Part shown: positions 49,124 through 58,476 of the stretch, piece after piece
Position numbering within the stretch: the first letter of the stretch is position 1
Layout: each line of letters opens with the position of its first letter
Assembly: GCA_963843855.1 (NCBI GenBank)
Contig: CAWJMA010000007.1
Coordinates: 185,065-249,064, forward strand
Reading direction: 5' to 3'
Length of the DNA: 64,000 nucleotides
Origin: an uncultured Alphaproteobacteria bacterium
GTDB taxonomy: Bacteria > Pseudomonadota > Alphaproteobacteria > Sphingomonadales > Sphingomonadaceae
Made by a program: the position numbers and the translations under genes
The notes under the pieces: generated by a model
The model's database searches: none
Told to the model about the DNA's origin: nothing
Seen by the model: the letters and a program-made list of their open reading frames with translations, nothing else

Positions 49124-50154
49124 TGCACAAACCGCGTAAGATCCTGTACATCGATGACGATGCCGGCATTCGCAGGCTCGTCGAGAAGCTCCTCACACGG
49201 CGCGGCCATACTGTCGCAACCGCCGAGAGTGGCGCAGAGGGGATTGCTATAGCCGCTGCCAACGATTTCGAGTTGATCGCGGTCGACCATTATATGCCTG
49301 GCATGGACGGACTTGCGACGTTGCAGGCTCTTCGCACGAATCCGGATTGCCCGCCGGTGGTTTATGTCACCGGATCGGAAGAAAGTGCCGTTGCGGTCGC
49401 TGCACTCAAGGCGGGTGCAGCCGATTATGTCGTCAAATCGGTCGGCGACGATTTCGTCGACCTGCTCGAACAGGCGTTTGCCCACGCGCTGGACACCAAT
49501 CGCCTGATCCGAGCCAAGGAGAAAGCGGAAGAGGATTTGCGCCAGGCGAACGAGCGGCTCGAAGCCTTGCTGCGTGAGGTCAATCACCGCGTCGCCAACT
49601 CGCTGCAATTGGTAATGACGATGGTGGTGATGCAGTCGCGAATGCTCGACGATCCGTCGGCCAAGGAAGCGCTCGCCGATACCGAGCGACGGATTCAGGC
49701 GATCGCCCAGGTCCACCGCCGCTTGTACACCGCCGGCGATGTCGAAAGCGTCGCGATGGACGAATATCTCGACGCCATCGTCGAGGAACTCGAGGCGACT
49801 TGGTCGACGCCGGTCGCGCCGCGTACGATCATGCTCGAGGCACAAGCGGTCCGGGTCCACACTGACAAGGCAGTCAGCCTGGGCGTGATCGTCAATGAGC
49901 TGGTCTCCAACGCGTGCAAATATGCGTATGGTGACGGCGTCAGCGGCGAAGTCCGGGTGCGTTTTTCGCAGCAGGACGAAAAGAGCTTCCGGCTTGAGGT
50001 TGAGGATGACGGCTGCGGACTGGGCGACGGAGCGCCGCGCGGCACCGGGCTTGGATCGAAGCTGATCGCGGCAATGGCGAAGAGCCTGGCAGCATCGCTG
50101 GAGTATGACACGCAGCACAATGGTTGCCGCGCCGTTCTGGTCGCCAGCTTCTAG
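49123..50154 (+). CDS. Hybrid REC-HisKA_2 (HWE-like) histidine kinase
   Basis: YIDDD/VDHYMPG receiver, EVNHRVANSLQLV H-box, NELVSNACKYA, DDGCG, GLGSKLI. Confidence 0.9.
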   Translation: MHKPRKILYIDDDAGIRRLVEKLLTRRGHTVATAESGAEGIAIAAANDFELIAVDHYMPGMDGLATLQALRTNPDCPPVVYVTGSEESAVAVAALKAGAADYVVKSVGDDFVDLLEQAFAHALDTNRLIRAKEKAEEDLRQANERLEALLREVNHRVANSLQLVMTMVVMQSRMLDDPSAKEALADTERRIQAIAQVHRRLYTAGDVESVAMDEYLDAIVEELEATWSTPVAPRTIMLEAQAVRVHTDKAVSLGVIVNELVSNACKYAYGDGVSGEVRVRFSQQDEKSFRLEVEDDGCGLGDGAPRGTGLGSKLIAAMAKSLAASLEYDTQHNGCRAVLVASF

Positions 50155-51320
50155 TCGCCCCATCCTTCGAGGATTTCCACGAAGCGACTTAGCCAATTGT
50201 TTGTCTGATGCCCATCAACGACGCGGTGGTCGATGGTCAACGTGACGTATGCCATCGGCCGGATCAGGATCGCGTCCTGTCCGTCGATCTCGCGGACGAC
50301 AACCCTCTTTTCCAGCTTGCCGACACCAAGAATGGCGGCCTGCCCGGAATGCAGGATGATCGGACTTGCCAGAAGGCTGCCCGAAACACCGTGATTGGAG
50401 ATGGTGAAGCTGCCGCCCGAAACGTCCGCGCCGGCCAGTTTTCCGCTGCGCGCACGACCGGTCAGGTCGTCAAGCGTGCGGCCGATGTCTTGCAGGTCGA
50501 GCGACCCGGCGTCCTTGACCACGGGAACGACCAAGCCCTTTTCGCCGAGGGCGGTTCCAACGCCGATATTGATGGTTGAGGACACGGCGATGCGATTCTC
50601 TTCCCAGCGTCCGTTGATCGCCGGCGCGACCGCCATCGCTTCGGCGGCCGCCTTGACGATATAAGCGGTGTAGCTGAGCTTCACGCCGTTCGCGGCCATC
50701 GCTTTTTTGTGCGCGGCGATTGCGCTGAAATCGGCCTCGAACAGGGCGGTGACGTGCGGAGCGTCGCTGACCGCACGGACCATGTTCTCGGCGATTTTCA
50801 GTCGCATCCGATCGTGCGGAATGTCGGCGCCGCTGAACGGCACTGTTGTCTTGGCAGCTGACGCGCCACCGGAGTAGACGAAGCGGTCAACGTCGTCGCG
50901 CGTAATGCGCCCGTCGCGACCCGTTCCGGAAATCCGGGCGGGATCGACCTTGTGCTGTACCACCGCACGCTTGACCGCGGGCGACAAGCGCATGCCGCGG
51001 ATCGTATTACCGTCAAACGCCACCGTCGGCTCGGGCACCTCGGTTACCGGCGCGGCTTGGACGGCGGCGGGCCTTGCCTCACCCATTCCTTCCGGATCGA
51101 TGCGCGCCAGCAGTGCGCCCGGCTCGGCCGTATCGTCAGTGGCGAGAAAAGTCTCAACCAGCACTCCGGCCGCCGGCGACGGAACTTCCTGCGTCACCTT
51201 GTCGGTTTCCAGTTCGACCAGTGGATCGTTGATCGCGACACTTTCGCCGACCTGTTTCAGCCAGGCGCGGACGACTGCCTTAGTGCCTTCCTGTTCATCG
51301 GGAACGCGGACTTCAATCAT
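50151..51320 (-). CDS. 2-oxoacid dehydrogenase E2 (dihydrolipoamide acyltransferase)
   Basis: Lipoyl motif ELETDKV, PSBD SPAVKR...GTGRDGRITRDDV, catalytic DHRVVDG. Confidence 0.93.
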   Translation of the reverse strand: MIEVRVPDEQEGTKAVVRAWLKQVGESVAINDPLVELETDKVTQEVPSPAAGVLVETFLATDDTAEPGALLARIDPEGMGEARPAAVQAAPVTEVPEPTVAFDGNTIRGMRLSPAVKRAVVQHKVDPARISGTGRDGRITRDDVDRFVYSGGASAAKTTVPFSGADIPHDRMRLKIAENMVRAVSDAPHVTALFEADFSAIAAHKKAMAANGVKLSYTAYIVKAAAEAMAVAPAINGRWEENRIAVSSTINIGVGTALGEKGLVVPVVKDAGSLDLQDIGRTLDDLTGRARSGKLAGADVSGGSFTISNHGVSGSLLASPIILHSGQAAILGVGKLEKRVVVREIDGQDAILIRPMAYVTLTIDHRVVDGHQTNNWLSRFVEILEGWGD

Positions 51321-51322
51321 CG

Positions 51323-53377
51323 TCAGAACCCCACAAGTCGGTCGATCTCGGCACGAATGTCATCGACGCTCGGCACCGCCCATTCCAGCAGGCTGGGATG
51401 ATGCGGGCTGGGAATATCGGGCATCGTGACCCGCGCAACCGGCGCATCAAGATCGAGAAAAGCCTCGTCCGCGACCACGGCGGCGATTTCCGCGCCAAAA
51501 CCCCCGGTACGCAAATCCTCGTGAACGATCAGGCAGCGACGGGTGCGGCGGACACTGTCCAGCACCATGTCGTGATCCCACGGCATCAAAGTGCGCAGAT
51601 CGATGACGTCGGCGCTGATCCCCTCGGCAGCGGCTTCGCAGCGCGGCACCATGGCGCCCCAGGTGACGATCGTAATGTGGTCGCCGACGCGGGTCTTCTT
51701 TGCCTTGCCGAACGGCAGCGCGAAATCGTCGCCCGGCCACGGTCGCCGCGCCCAGCTGTCGTCCAGCATCGCGCGATGTTCGAAGAAGATCACCGGGTCA
51801 TGGCCGCGCAGGGATGAGCGGAGCAGGCCGACCGCGTCCTCGGCATTGGACGGGACCGCGACCTTCCAACCGGGATTGTGAACGAATTGCACCTCATTGG
51901 TCTGGCTGTGCCAGGGGTCGCCGCATTTAAAGAAGCCGCCAGGGATACGGAGAACCATCGGCGCGGCGAAGCGATTGGCGGTGCGCCAACGCATGGTGCC
52001 GCAATCGTTGATCTGCTCGGTTGCCGGTTCGGCATATTTGCGGAACTGGATTTCAGGAACCGGCAGCAATCCGGCCAACGCCATGCCGACCGCACGGCCC
52101 ACGATGCCCTCTTCGTTCAACGAGGTGTCGAATACCCGCTCGACGCCATATTTGTCCTGCAGGCCAAGAGTCACGGCATGAACGCCGCCCTTCGGACCGA
52201 CATCTTCGCCGAATACACACATTTTCGGATTGGCAGCGAGTTCCTGGTCGAGGACGCGGCGGATCGCGGTGACCATGTTGATGCGCTGGCCGTCGGGCTG
52301 CGGCTGGTCGGTGGTGCTGTCCAGGCTTAGCCCCGCCTGCCCGCCGATGCAGGCGTGCTCGCCCTCAAAAAAGACATGGTCGGTGACCCGGTCGGGGGAC
52401 GATATCCCGCGCGCCTCGGCGTCACGGCGGGCGGCCTCGACATCAGCGTCAACCGACGCGGCAAGACGCGCCCAGTCGAGGTTGTGGCTGAACGCCTTGA
52501 GCTTGGGCAGCGGGTCGCGCGCCCACTCCGCCTCGACCTCCTGTGGCGACTTGTACGTCTGCGTGTCCTGCGCGCTGTGCCCTTCCAGACGCGGAACCTT
52601 GAGGCGGACGAGTGCTGGGCCCTTGCGCGCGCGGACATGCGCGACCGCCGCGCTGATGATCTGGCTTGCTTCGGCGGGTTCGGTGCCGTCGCCGTTCCAG
52701 ATCGCAAGTCCCTTGAAACTCGCCAGATTGGCGGCAATGTCGCAGCCCGGCGTCTGGTAATCCGACGTCACCGAGATGCCGTAGCCATTATCCTCGATGT
52801 AGAACAACATCGGCAATTGTTGCGTCGTGGCAATTGTTAGCGCCGACCAAAATCCACCGGTTGCGCAACTTGCGTCACCGCCCAGAACAACGCCGATTGC
52901 CCCGGTGTCCGCGTCGCCCAGCACCTTTGTTTTGTATGAGATGGCCTGTGCCCAGCCGGCGGCCGGGGTGTATTGCGCGCCCACCCCGCCGCACATTGGG
53001 AGCGCGTGCGCGCCGCCGGGGTTGGGATAATTGAAAACCACCCCGATGTCGCGACCGTCGCTGTAACCGCCCGCTCGTCCCATGCCCGATCCCAGCGCAT
53101 CGGCAAGGTCGACACCAAGCGCAAGAAGCATGGGCCGAGAACGATAATAGCCGCACGCCGCATCGCCGTCTTTGAGGTGCAAACCAAGGATGACCTGCGC
53201 CATGTCGTGGCCGCGGGCGCTAAATTGATAGAGGACCTTTTTCTCGGGAACGAGGATGGTTTCCTCGAGATGGTCCAGCGCCCGGCTGGTCAGCACCAGG
53301 CGCGCGACCTCTTCCCAGTCGACGATAAAGTCGCTGTCGCCGTCAAATACTTCGCTTCGCTCGGCCACCAGCGTCAC
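51323..53377 (-). CDS. Fused alpha/beta E1 of a 2-oxoacid dehydrogenase (branched-chain-type)
   Basis: SARGHD, TPP motif GDA...EDNGYGIS, beta part FGEDVG.KGGV, DTSLNEEGIVG, EIQFRKY, GDPWHSQ. Confidence 0.9.
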   Translation of the reverse strand: MTLVAERSEVFDGDSDFIVDWEEVARLVLTSRALDHLEETILVPEKKVLYQFSARGHDMAQVILGLHLKDGDAACGYYRSRPMLLALGVDLADALGSGMGRAGGYSDGRDIGVVFNYPNPGGAHALPMCGGVGAQYTPAAGWAQAISYKTKVLGDADTGAIGVVLGGDASCATGGFWSALTIATTQQLPMLFYIEDNGYGISVTSDYQTPGCDIAANLASFKGLAIWNGDGTEPAEASQIISAAVAHVRARKGPALVRLKVPRLEGHSAQDTQTYKSPQEVEAEWARDPLPKLKAFSHNLDWARLAASVDADVEAARRDAEARGISSPDRVTDHVFFEGEHACIGGQAGLSLDSTTDQPQPDGQRINMVTAIRRVLDQELAANPKMCVFGEDVGPKGGVHAVTLGLQDKYGVERVFDTSLNEEGIVGRAVGMALAGLLPVPEIQFRKYAEPATEQINDCGTMRWRTANRFAAPMVLRIPGGFFKCGDPWHSQTNEVQFVHNPGWKVAVPSNAEDAVGLLRSSLRGHDPVIFFEHRAMLDDSWARRPWPGDDFALPFGKAKKTRVGDHITIVTWGAMVPRCEAAAEGISADVIDLRTLMPWDHDMVLDSVRRTRRCLIVHEDLRTGGFGAEIAAVVADEAFLDLDAPVARVTMPDIPSPHHPSLLEWAVPSVDDIRAEIDRLVGF

Positions 53378-54561
53378 CCGATCATGCCCACGATCGCCGC
53401 GACGAACCGGTCCACTGCCTCGTCCGACATGCCAAGCACATTGAATCGTCCGCTGTCGGCCATGTAAATCGCCTTTTCCGTGCGCAATGCGATGACCTGA
53501 TCGCGGGTCAGCGGAAGCATGGAGAACATCCCCTTTTGCCCTCCGATGTAGGCGAGCGAGGGGTGCGCCGCGGACAATTTGCCGCGAATGCGGTGAATAC
53601 GCGCCAGCATTTCACCCAATTCGGCAAGCCAGTCGGCACGAAGCCCGGCATCGTCGAGCACGTAACGGATGGCGGCGGCACCGTGGTCCGGCGGCATTGA
53701 CCAGCTTTCGCGTGCAAGTTGAAGGACGCGGTCCATGGCCTTGGCGCTGGTCGCCTCGCTGTCGCTCTTGATGAAGAAATTGCCGACGCGGTCACGATAG
53801 ACACCGAAATTCTTGTCACAGCTTTGCGCAACTAACACGTCGCCGCATGCCGCAATCACCCCCCGCAGGCCGGCCGCGTCCGAATCCAGCCCATCGCCAA
53901 GTCCCTGATAGGCAATGTCCACCACCGGAAGAAGTTCGCGTTCGGCGATGATCCGCGTGACCTCGGCCCATTGGTCGGCATCGAGATCGGCGCCAGTCGG
54001 ATTGTGGCAACAGCCGTGAAGAAGTACCGCATCGCCCGGCGCCGCAGCCTTGAGCGCGGCCAGCATGGTATCGAACCGCACCGACTGTGTGTCGCGGTCG
54101 TAATAAGGATATTCGACGATTTCGAGCCCGCAGCCCGCGACGATTGGCTGATGGTTGGGCCAGGTCGGCGTTCCGATCAGGACCCTCGCTTTCGGATTGA
54201 GCGCCGCAACGAGTTTGAACGCAAGGCTCAATGCGCCGCATCCGCCGGGGGTCTGGACGCCCTTGATTTCAGAGGGAAGCGGCCCGCCGAAAACGATTTC
54301 GCCGATCAATTCCGTAAAGCGAGGATCGCCCAGGCTGCCAAGGTAGGATTTGCTGTCCTGTAGTCCCCACAGTCGCTTTTCGGCGGCCTTGACCGCGCGC
54401 AGGACCGGGGTCGCCCCGCTGCCATCCTTGTAGACGCCGACGCCGACGTCGATCTTGTCGGGACGGGTGTCGGCATTGGCCATTGCGATGAGCGCAAGCA
54501 GGCTGTCGCTTTTCACCGGTTCGAGGTCGGACAGGCGTCGGGTGCGGGTCGTCGTTAACAT
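53374..54561 (-). CDS. Aromatic amino acid aminotransferase (TyrB/AspC family)
   Basis: DVGVGVYKD, QTPGGCGAL, PTWPNH, HGCCHNPTG, DIAYQG, SCDKNFGVYRDRVG. Confidence 0.92.
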   Translation of the reverse strand: MLTTTRTRRLSDLEPVKSDSLLALIAMANADTRPDKIDVGVGVYKDGSGATPVLRAVKAAEKRLWGLQDSKSYLGSLGDPRFTELIGEIVFGGPLPSEIKGVQTPGGCGALSLAFKLVAALNPKARVLIGTPTWPNHQPIVAGCGLEIVEYPYYDRDTQSVRFDTMLAALKAAAPGDAVLLHGCCHNPTGADLDADQWAEVTRIIAERELLPVVDIAYQGLGDGLDSDAAGLRGVIAACGDVLVAQSCDKNFGVYRDRVGNFFIKSDSEATSAKAMDRVLQLARESWSMPPDHGAAAIRYVLDDAGLRADWLAELGEMLARIHRIRGKLSAAHPSLAYIGGQKGMFSMLPLTRDQVIALRTEKAIYMADSGRFNVLGMSDEAVDRFVAAIVGMIG

Positions 54562-54603
54562 GGCTGGCAGGTCTAGCCGCAAACGCGGCGCGGAGCAAAA
54601 GCG

Positions 54604-55677
54604 CTAGACGTCGTAATCGAGGGCGACATCGTCCCCGCACGGCACGGATTGGCAGGTCAACACATAGCCTTCCGCCACTTCTTCTTCGGTCAAGCCATAC
54701 TGAACCGCCATTTCGACCTTGCCGCTCGTCAATTTGGCCCGGCATGTGGCGCAAACGCCTGCCTTGCAGGCAAAGGGTGCTGGCATTCCGGCCTTGCGCG
54801 CCGAATCGAGAATGTTGGTGCCATCGAAAGCAATCTTTCGTGTGCGCCCGTCCAGCGTAACTGCGATCGACACGCCGGTCGCAACTTCCTGTGCCCGGGC
54901 AAGCTGGGCCGCTTCCCCTGCGGAAGGGCGTCCGGCTGTGAAACGCTCGATGTGAATGCGGTCCTTGGCGACTCCCTTGTCCTTCAGCACGCTTTCGGCG
55001 GCGTCCATCATCGGGCCCGGGCCGCAAATGAACCATCCATCGACCACGGCGACATCGGTTACCAGTCGCTCCACCGCTTCGCCGCACGTCGCGGCGTCGA
55101 GCATTCCATTGAACAGCCCGACATCGCCGGCCTCGTCGCTCAGAAAGTGGAAAATCTCCAGCCGTCCCATGTAGCGATCCTTGAGGTCGGCAAGCGCCTC
55201 GAGAAAGATGATCGAGCGGCTGTCGCGATTGCCGTAGAACAAGGTGAACCGGCTGAGCGGCTCTTCCCGCATCGCGGTCCTGATCAGCGACATGATCGGC
55301 GTGATTCCTGATCCGCCGGCGAACGCGACGTAGCGCCGCGCCGAGCCCGGATCGAACACAGTCGTAAAGCTGCCATGCGGCGGCATCACTGCAAGCCGGT
55401 CGCCAGCCTTCAGGTTGTCGCCGGCCCAGTTCGAAAACAGGCCGCCCGCGATGCGTTTGACGGTCACCGTCAATTGTTCATCGGCGGGCGCGGTGCACAA
55501 GGAATAGTTGCGCCGCACCTCTTCGCCCTCGATGATCGCCATCAAGGTCAGGTGCTGCCCCGCCTTGAAGCGGTAGGTATCCTTCAGATCATAAGGCACA
55601 TCGAACCGGATCGAGACCGCATCGTCGGTCTCGGCAACGACCTCATCGATCGTCAACGCATGGAAATGTTCGGCCAT
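54604..55677 (-). CDS. paaE: Phenylacetyl-CoA epoxidase reductase subunit
   Basis: RRNYSLC FAD motif, GGSGITP, C-terminal ferredoxin PFACKAGVCATC...LTCQ. Confidence 0.93.
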   Translation of the reverse strand: MAEHFHALTIDEVVAETDDAVSIRFDVPYDLKDTYRFKAGQHLTLMAIIEGEEVRRNYSLCTAPADEQLTVTVKRIAGGLFSNWAGDNLKAGDRLAVMPPHGSFTTVFDPGSARRYVAFAGGSGITPIMSLIRTAMREEPLSRFTLFYGNRDSRSIIFLEALADLKDRYMGRLEIFHFLSDEAGDVGLFNGMLDAATCGEAVERLVTDVAVVDGWFICGPGPMMDAAESVLKDKGVAKDRIHIERFTAGRPSAGEAAQLARAQEVATGVSIAVTLDGRTRKIAFDGTNILDSARKAGMPAPFACKAGVCATCRAKLTSGKVEMAVQYGLTEEEVAEGYVLTCQSVPCGDDVALDYDV

Positions 55678-55686
55678 CAGGCGCTC

Positions 55687-56532
55687 TTACCAGGTCGCGT
55701 TAGGATAGGTGCGCGGCAGATATTGCATCACCGCCAGCAAATGCCCCAGATGCTCGCTGTGATGGCCGCGCCGCCCGCCAAGGATCGGTCGCTGGTCATC
55801 AGGCACCGCGAGATGCGCGTTGGCCAACACATCCGCGATGGCCGCGCGATATTCGCGTTCGAAGCTTCGCGGATCGGGGACGGTCTGGAACGAAATCAGC
55901 GCCTCCAGCACGCCATCGACTTCGAAAAGTTCGGGAACAAAGCGCCAGCACCAGTCGACCCCGTCACGCATTCGGCGCGCGCTTTCCTCGGTCCCGTCGC
56001 CCAGCCGGATGACCCAGTCGGCGGCCAATTCGCGGTGGTAGGCGACTTCCTTGACCGCCTTTTGCGCGATCGCGCACAGGAACGGATCGGGGCTTTCGCA
56101 AAGTTCGCGGTACAAGATGTGCTGGTACGTCGAAAAGAACAGCTGGCGCGCCATGGTCCGGCCAAAGTCGCCATTGGGCTGTTCGACCAGCCAGCAATTG
56201 CGGAAATCCAGAACGTCCCGCTTAAAGGCAAGCTCGTCGCCATCGCCGTTATTCGCTTTTTCGTAAATGTGGGTCGCTTGGCCGATCAGGTCGAGCGCGA
56301 TGTTTGCAAGGCTAAGATCGACCTCGACCGAGGGTGCATGGCCGCACCATTCGCTCAGCCGCTGGCCAAGGATCAACGAATCGTCACCCAGCCGGAGGAG
56401 GTAATCGTAATAGCCGTCCTCAAGCGGGTCGGCTGGCGCTTCCACGCCGACATCCTTGTCGAACGCCCCGTGATCGGGAACGCGCTCGGCCAGCTTTTCG
56501 ACATTTTTCTCGATCGGCGGAAGGGACGGCAT
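55687..56532 (-). CDS. paaC: Phenylacetyl-CoA epoxidase subunit C
   Basis: LRLGDDSLILGQRLSEWCGHAP, LVEQPNGDF, KEVAYH, HSEHLGHLLAVMQYL. Confidence 0.95.
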   Translation of the reverse strand: MPSLPPIEKNVEKLAERVPDHGAFDKDVGVEAPADPLEDGYYDYLLRLGDDSLILGQRLSEWCGHAPSVEVDLSLANIALDLIGQATHIYEKANNGDGDELAFKRDVLDFRNCWLVEQPNGDFGRTMARQLFFSTYQHILYRELCESPDPFLCAIAQKAVKEVAYHRELAADWVIRLGDGTEESARRMRDGVDWCWRFVPELFEVDGVLEALISFQTVPDPRSFEREYRAAIADVLANAHLAVPDDQRPILGGRRGHHSEHLGHLLAVMQYLPRTYPNATW

Positions 56533-56825
56533 CAGATGTGGGTTACTTCGTCGGGAATGTCATAGAAGGTCGGGTGCCGGTAGATCTTGTCTTGCGCCGG
56601 CGCGAACAACGGCCCGGCGTCCGATGGATCGCTGGCGACGATGTCGGCCGACTTGACGACCCACAGGCTCACCCCTTCCATCCGCCGCGTGTAGGTGTCG
56701 CGGGCGTGGGCGAGCGCGAGCTTCTGGTCAGGAGCATGAACGCTGCCAACATGACGGTGGCTAAGCCCGCCCTTCGAACGGACGAAGACTTCCCAAAGCG
56801 GCCAGTCATGACCGTCGCCACTCAC
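56532..56825 (-). CDS. paaB: Phenylacetyl-CoA epoxidase subunit B
   Basis: WPLWEVFVRSKGGLSHRHVGSVHA, ARDTYTRR, YRHPTFY. Confidence 0.96.
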   Translation of the reverse strand: MSGDGHDWPLWEVFVRSKGGLSHRHVGSVHAPDQKLALAHARDTYTRRMEGVSLWVVKSADIVASDPSDAGPLFAPAQDKIYRHPTFYDIPDEVTHI

Positions 56826-57806
56826 GCCACCTTCCTCTCGCGCTGCTTGGCCTCAAAGGCCGCGGCCGCGTCGCGAACCCAGGCACCATTATCCCAAGCC
56901 TCGCGGCGGGCTGTAATCCGTTCCTTAGCGACCGGGCCTTCGCCGCGCACCACCGCGTAAAATTCTTCCCAGTCGACCGCGCCGAAATCATAACCACCTT
57001 TGGCGTCATTCCATAACAGCGCTTCGTCGGGAACGGTCAGGCCGATGATATTCGGCTTGCGGAACGGTGATGTCGACGAACTTCTGGCGCAGCTCGTCAT
57101 TGGTTTCGCGCTTGATCCGCCAGCGCATCGATCGCTCGGTGTTGGGCGAATTGTCGTCGGGCGGACCGAACATCATCAGGCTTGGCCACCACCAACGGTT
57201 GAGCGCGTCCTGCGCCATGCGTTTTTGCTGCGGCGTTCCGCCGGCAAGCGCCATCATCGCCTCGTAGCCCTGCCGCTGGTGGAAGCTTTCTTCCTTGCAG
57301 ACACGCACCATCGCGCGGGCATAAGGCCCGTAGCTGGTCCGTTGCAGCGGAACCTGGTTCATGATCGCGGCGCCGTCGACCAGCCAGCCGATCGCGGCGA
57401 TGTCGGCCCAGGTCAGGGTCGGGTAATTGAAGATGGTCGAATATTTTGCCTTACCGCTGTGCAGCGCGTCGATCATTTCCTCGCGGCTCGTCCCAAGCGT
57501 CTCGGCGGCGCAATAGAGGTAGAGGCCATGGCCCGCCTCGTCCTGAACCTTGGCCAACAGGATCGCCTTGCGGCGAAGCGACGGCGCGCGGGAAATCCAG
57601 TTCCCCTCCGGCAACATCCCGACGATCTCGCTATGCGCGTGCTGCGATATCTGGCGGACCAGCGTCTTGCGATACGCCTCTGGCATCCAATCCTTGGGCT
57701 CGATGAATTCGTCAGCGGCAACGCGCGCCTCGAATGCTTCGAGCAATGCCGGATCCTCGGCACTCTCGATCGGCTGGACGTTCTTGCTGAGCTCGGTGGT
57801 GTACAT
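56822..57806 (-). CDS. paaA: Phenylacetyl-CoA epoxidase subunit A; +1 frameshift at about 57046-57052
   Basis: [44 protein letters not shown]; the C-terminus (GLTVPD...DWEEF) is in ORF 56822-57100. Confidence 0.95.
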
Positions 57807-57849
57807 GGAACAGGATGTAGCGACTTAACGCGCCCGCTTCAAACCTTCG

Positions 57850-58353
57850 TCACTGATAATCGGCCGTAATCGTGACGACGCCGCTGTATGTGCCATCGGA
57901 GGTCGCGGACGAAAGCGCTAGCGATCCGCCAACGTTGAAGTCCTTGCCGGGATTGCCGCTATTGGTCAGCGTTACCGAGGTGGGCGCAATGGGCGTGAAG
58001 CGAATTTTTCCCCCGGTCGCATTGGTCAGGTCGGTCGGCGCCGCGCTGACCAGCACGACATTTCCATTCGACCCTGCGACATTGAGGATTGCCGGGCGCG
58101 GAGCGCCGGTGCAGACCAAAGGTGCCGGGCACGTCAAGACGCCGGTCATGCTGAGGCTTACCGTCCAGCTTCCCGTACCAGCACCAAGCAAGATCTGGCC
58201 GAAGTCGAGTCCCTGCTTGGCGGTGAGCTGGAGCGGCTTGACCACCTTCACGTTTACCGTCGCATTGACCGACGCCGCGTGGGCAGCCGTACTTGCAAGC
58301 CCGATCACGGAAAACGCCATCGAATATACGATCGATTTGAGAAAGCCGGTCAT
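57850..58353 (-). CDS. DUF4402-like exported beta-rich protein
   Basis: Signal peptide AAHA, LDFG near the N-terminus, FNVGGSL...GTYSG..TITADY end. Confidence 0.75.
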   Translation of the reverse strand: MTGFLKSIVYSMAFSVIGLASTAAHAASVNATVNVKVVKPLQLTAKQGLDFGQILLGAGTGSWTVSLSMTGVLTCPAPLVCTGAPRPAILNVAGSNGNVVLVSAAPTDLTNATGGKIRFTPIAPTSVTLTNSGNPGKDFNVGGSLALSSATSDGTYSGVVTITADYQ

Positions 58354-58396
58354 TCTACCCCAACGCAATGTCCGTCGTCGGGCTAGCCAAATAAGG

Positions 58397-58415
58397 TAAA
58401 AAAGCCGTTAACCAC
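58397..58415. promoter_or_regulatory. CtrA-box-like site between the DUF4402 gene and paaG
   Basis: TAAA-N7-TTAACCAC, 1 mismatch to TTAA-N7-TTAAC. Confidence 0.45.
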
Positions 58416-58476
58416 GGTCGGCGACGGCTGACGCTGCCCTTGCATGGATCTCGTTGCGTGGCCAAAGCTTGACGTC

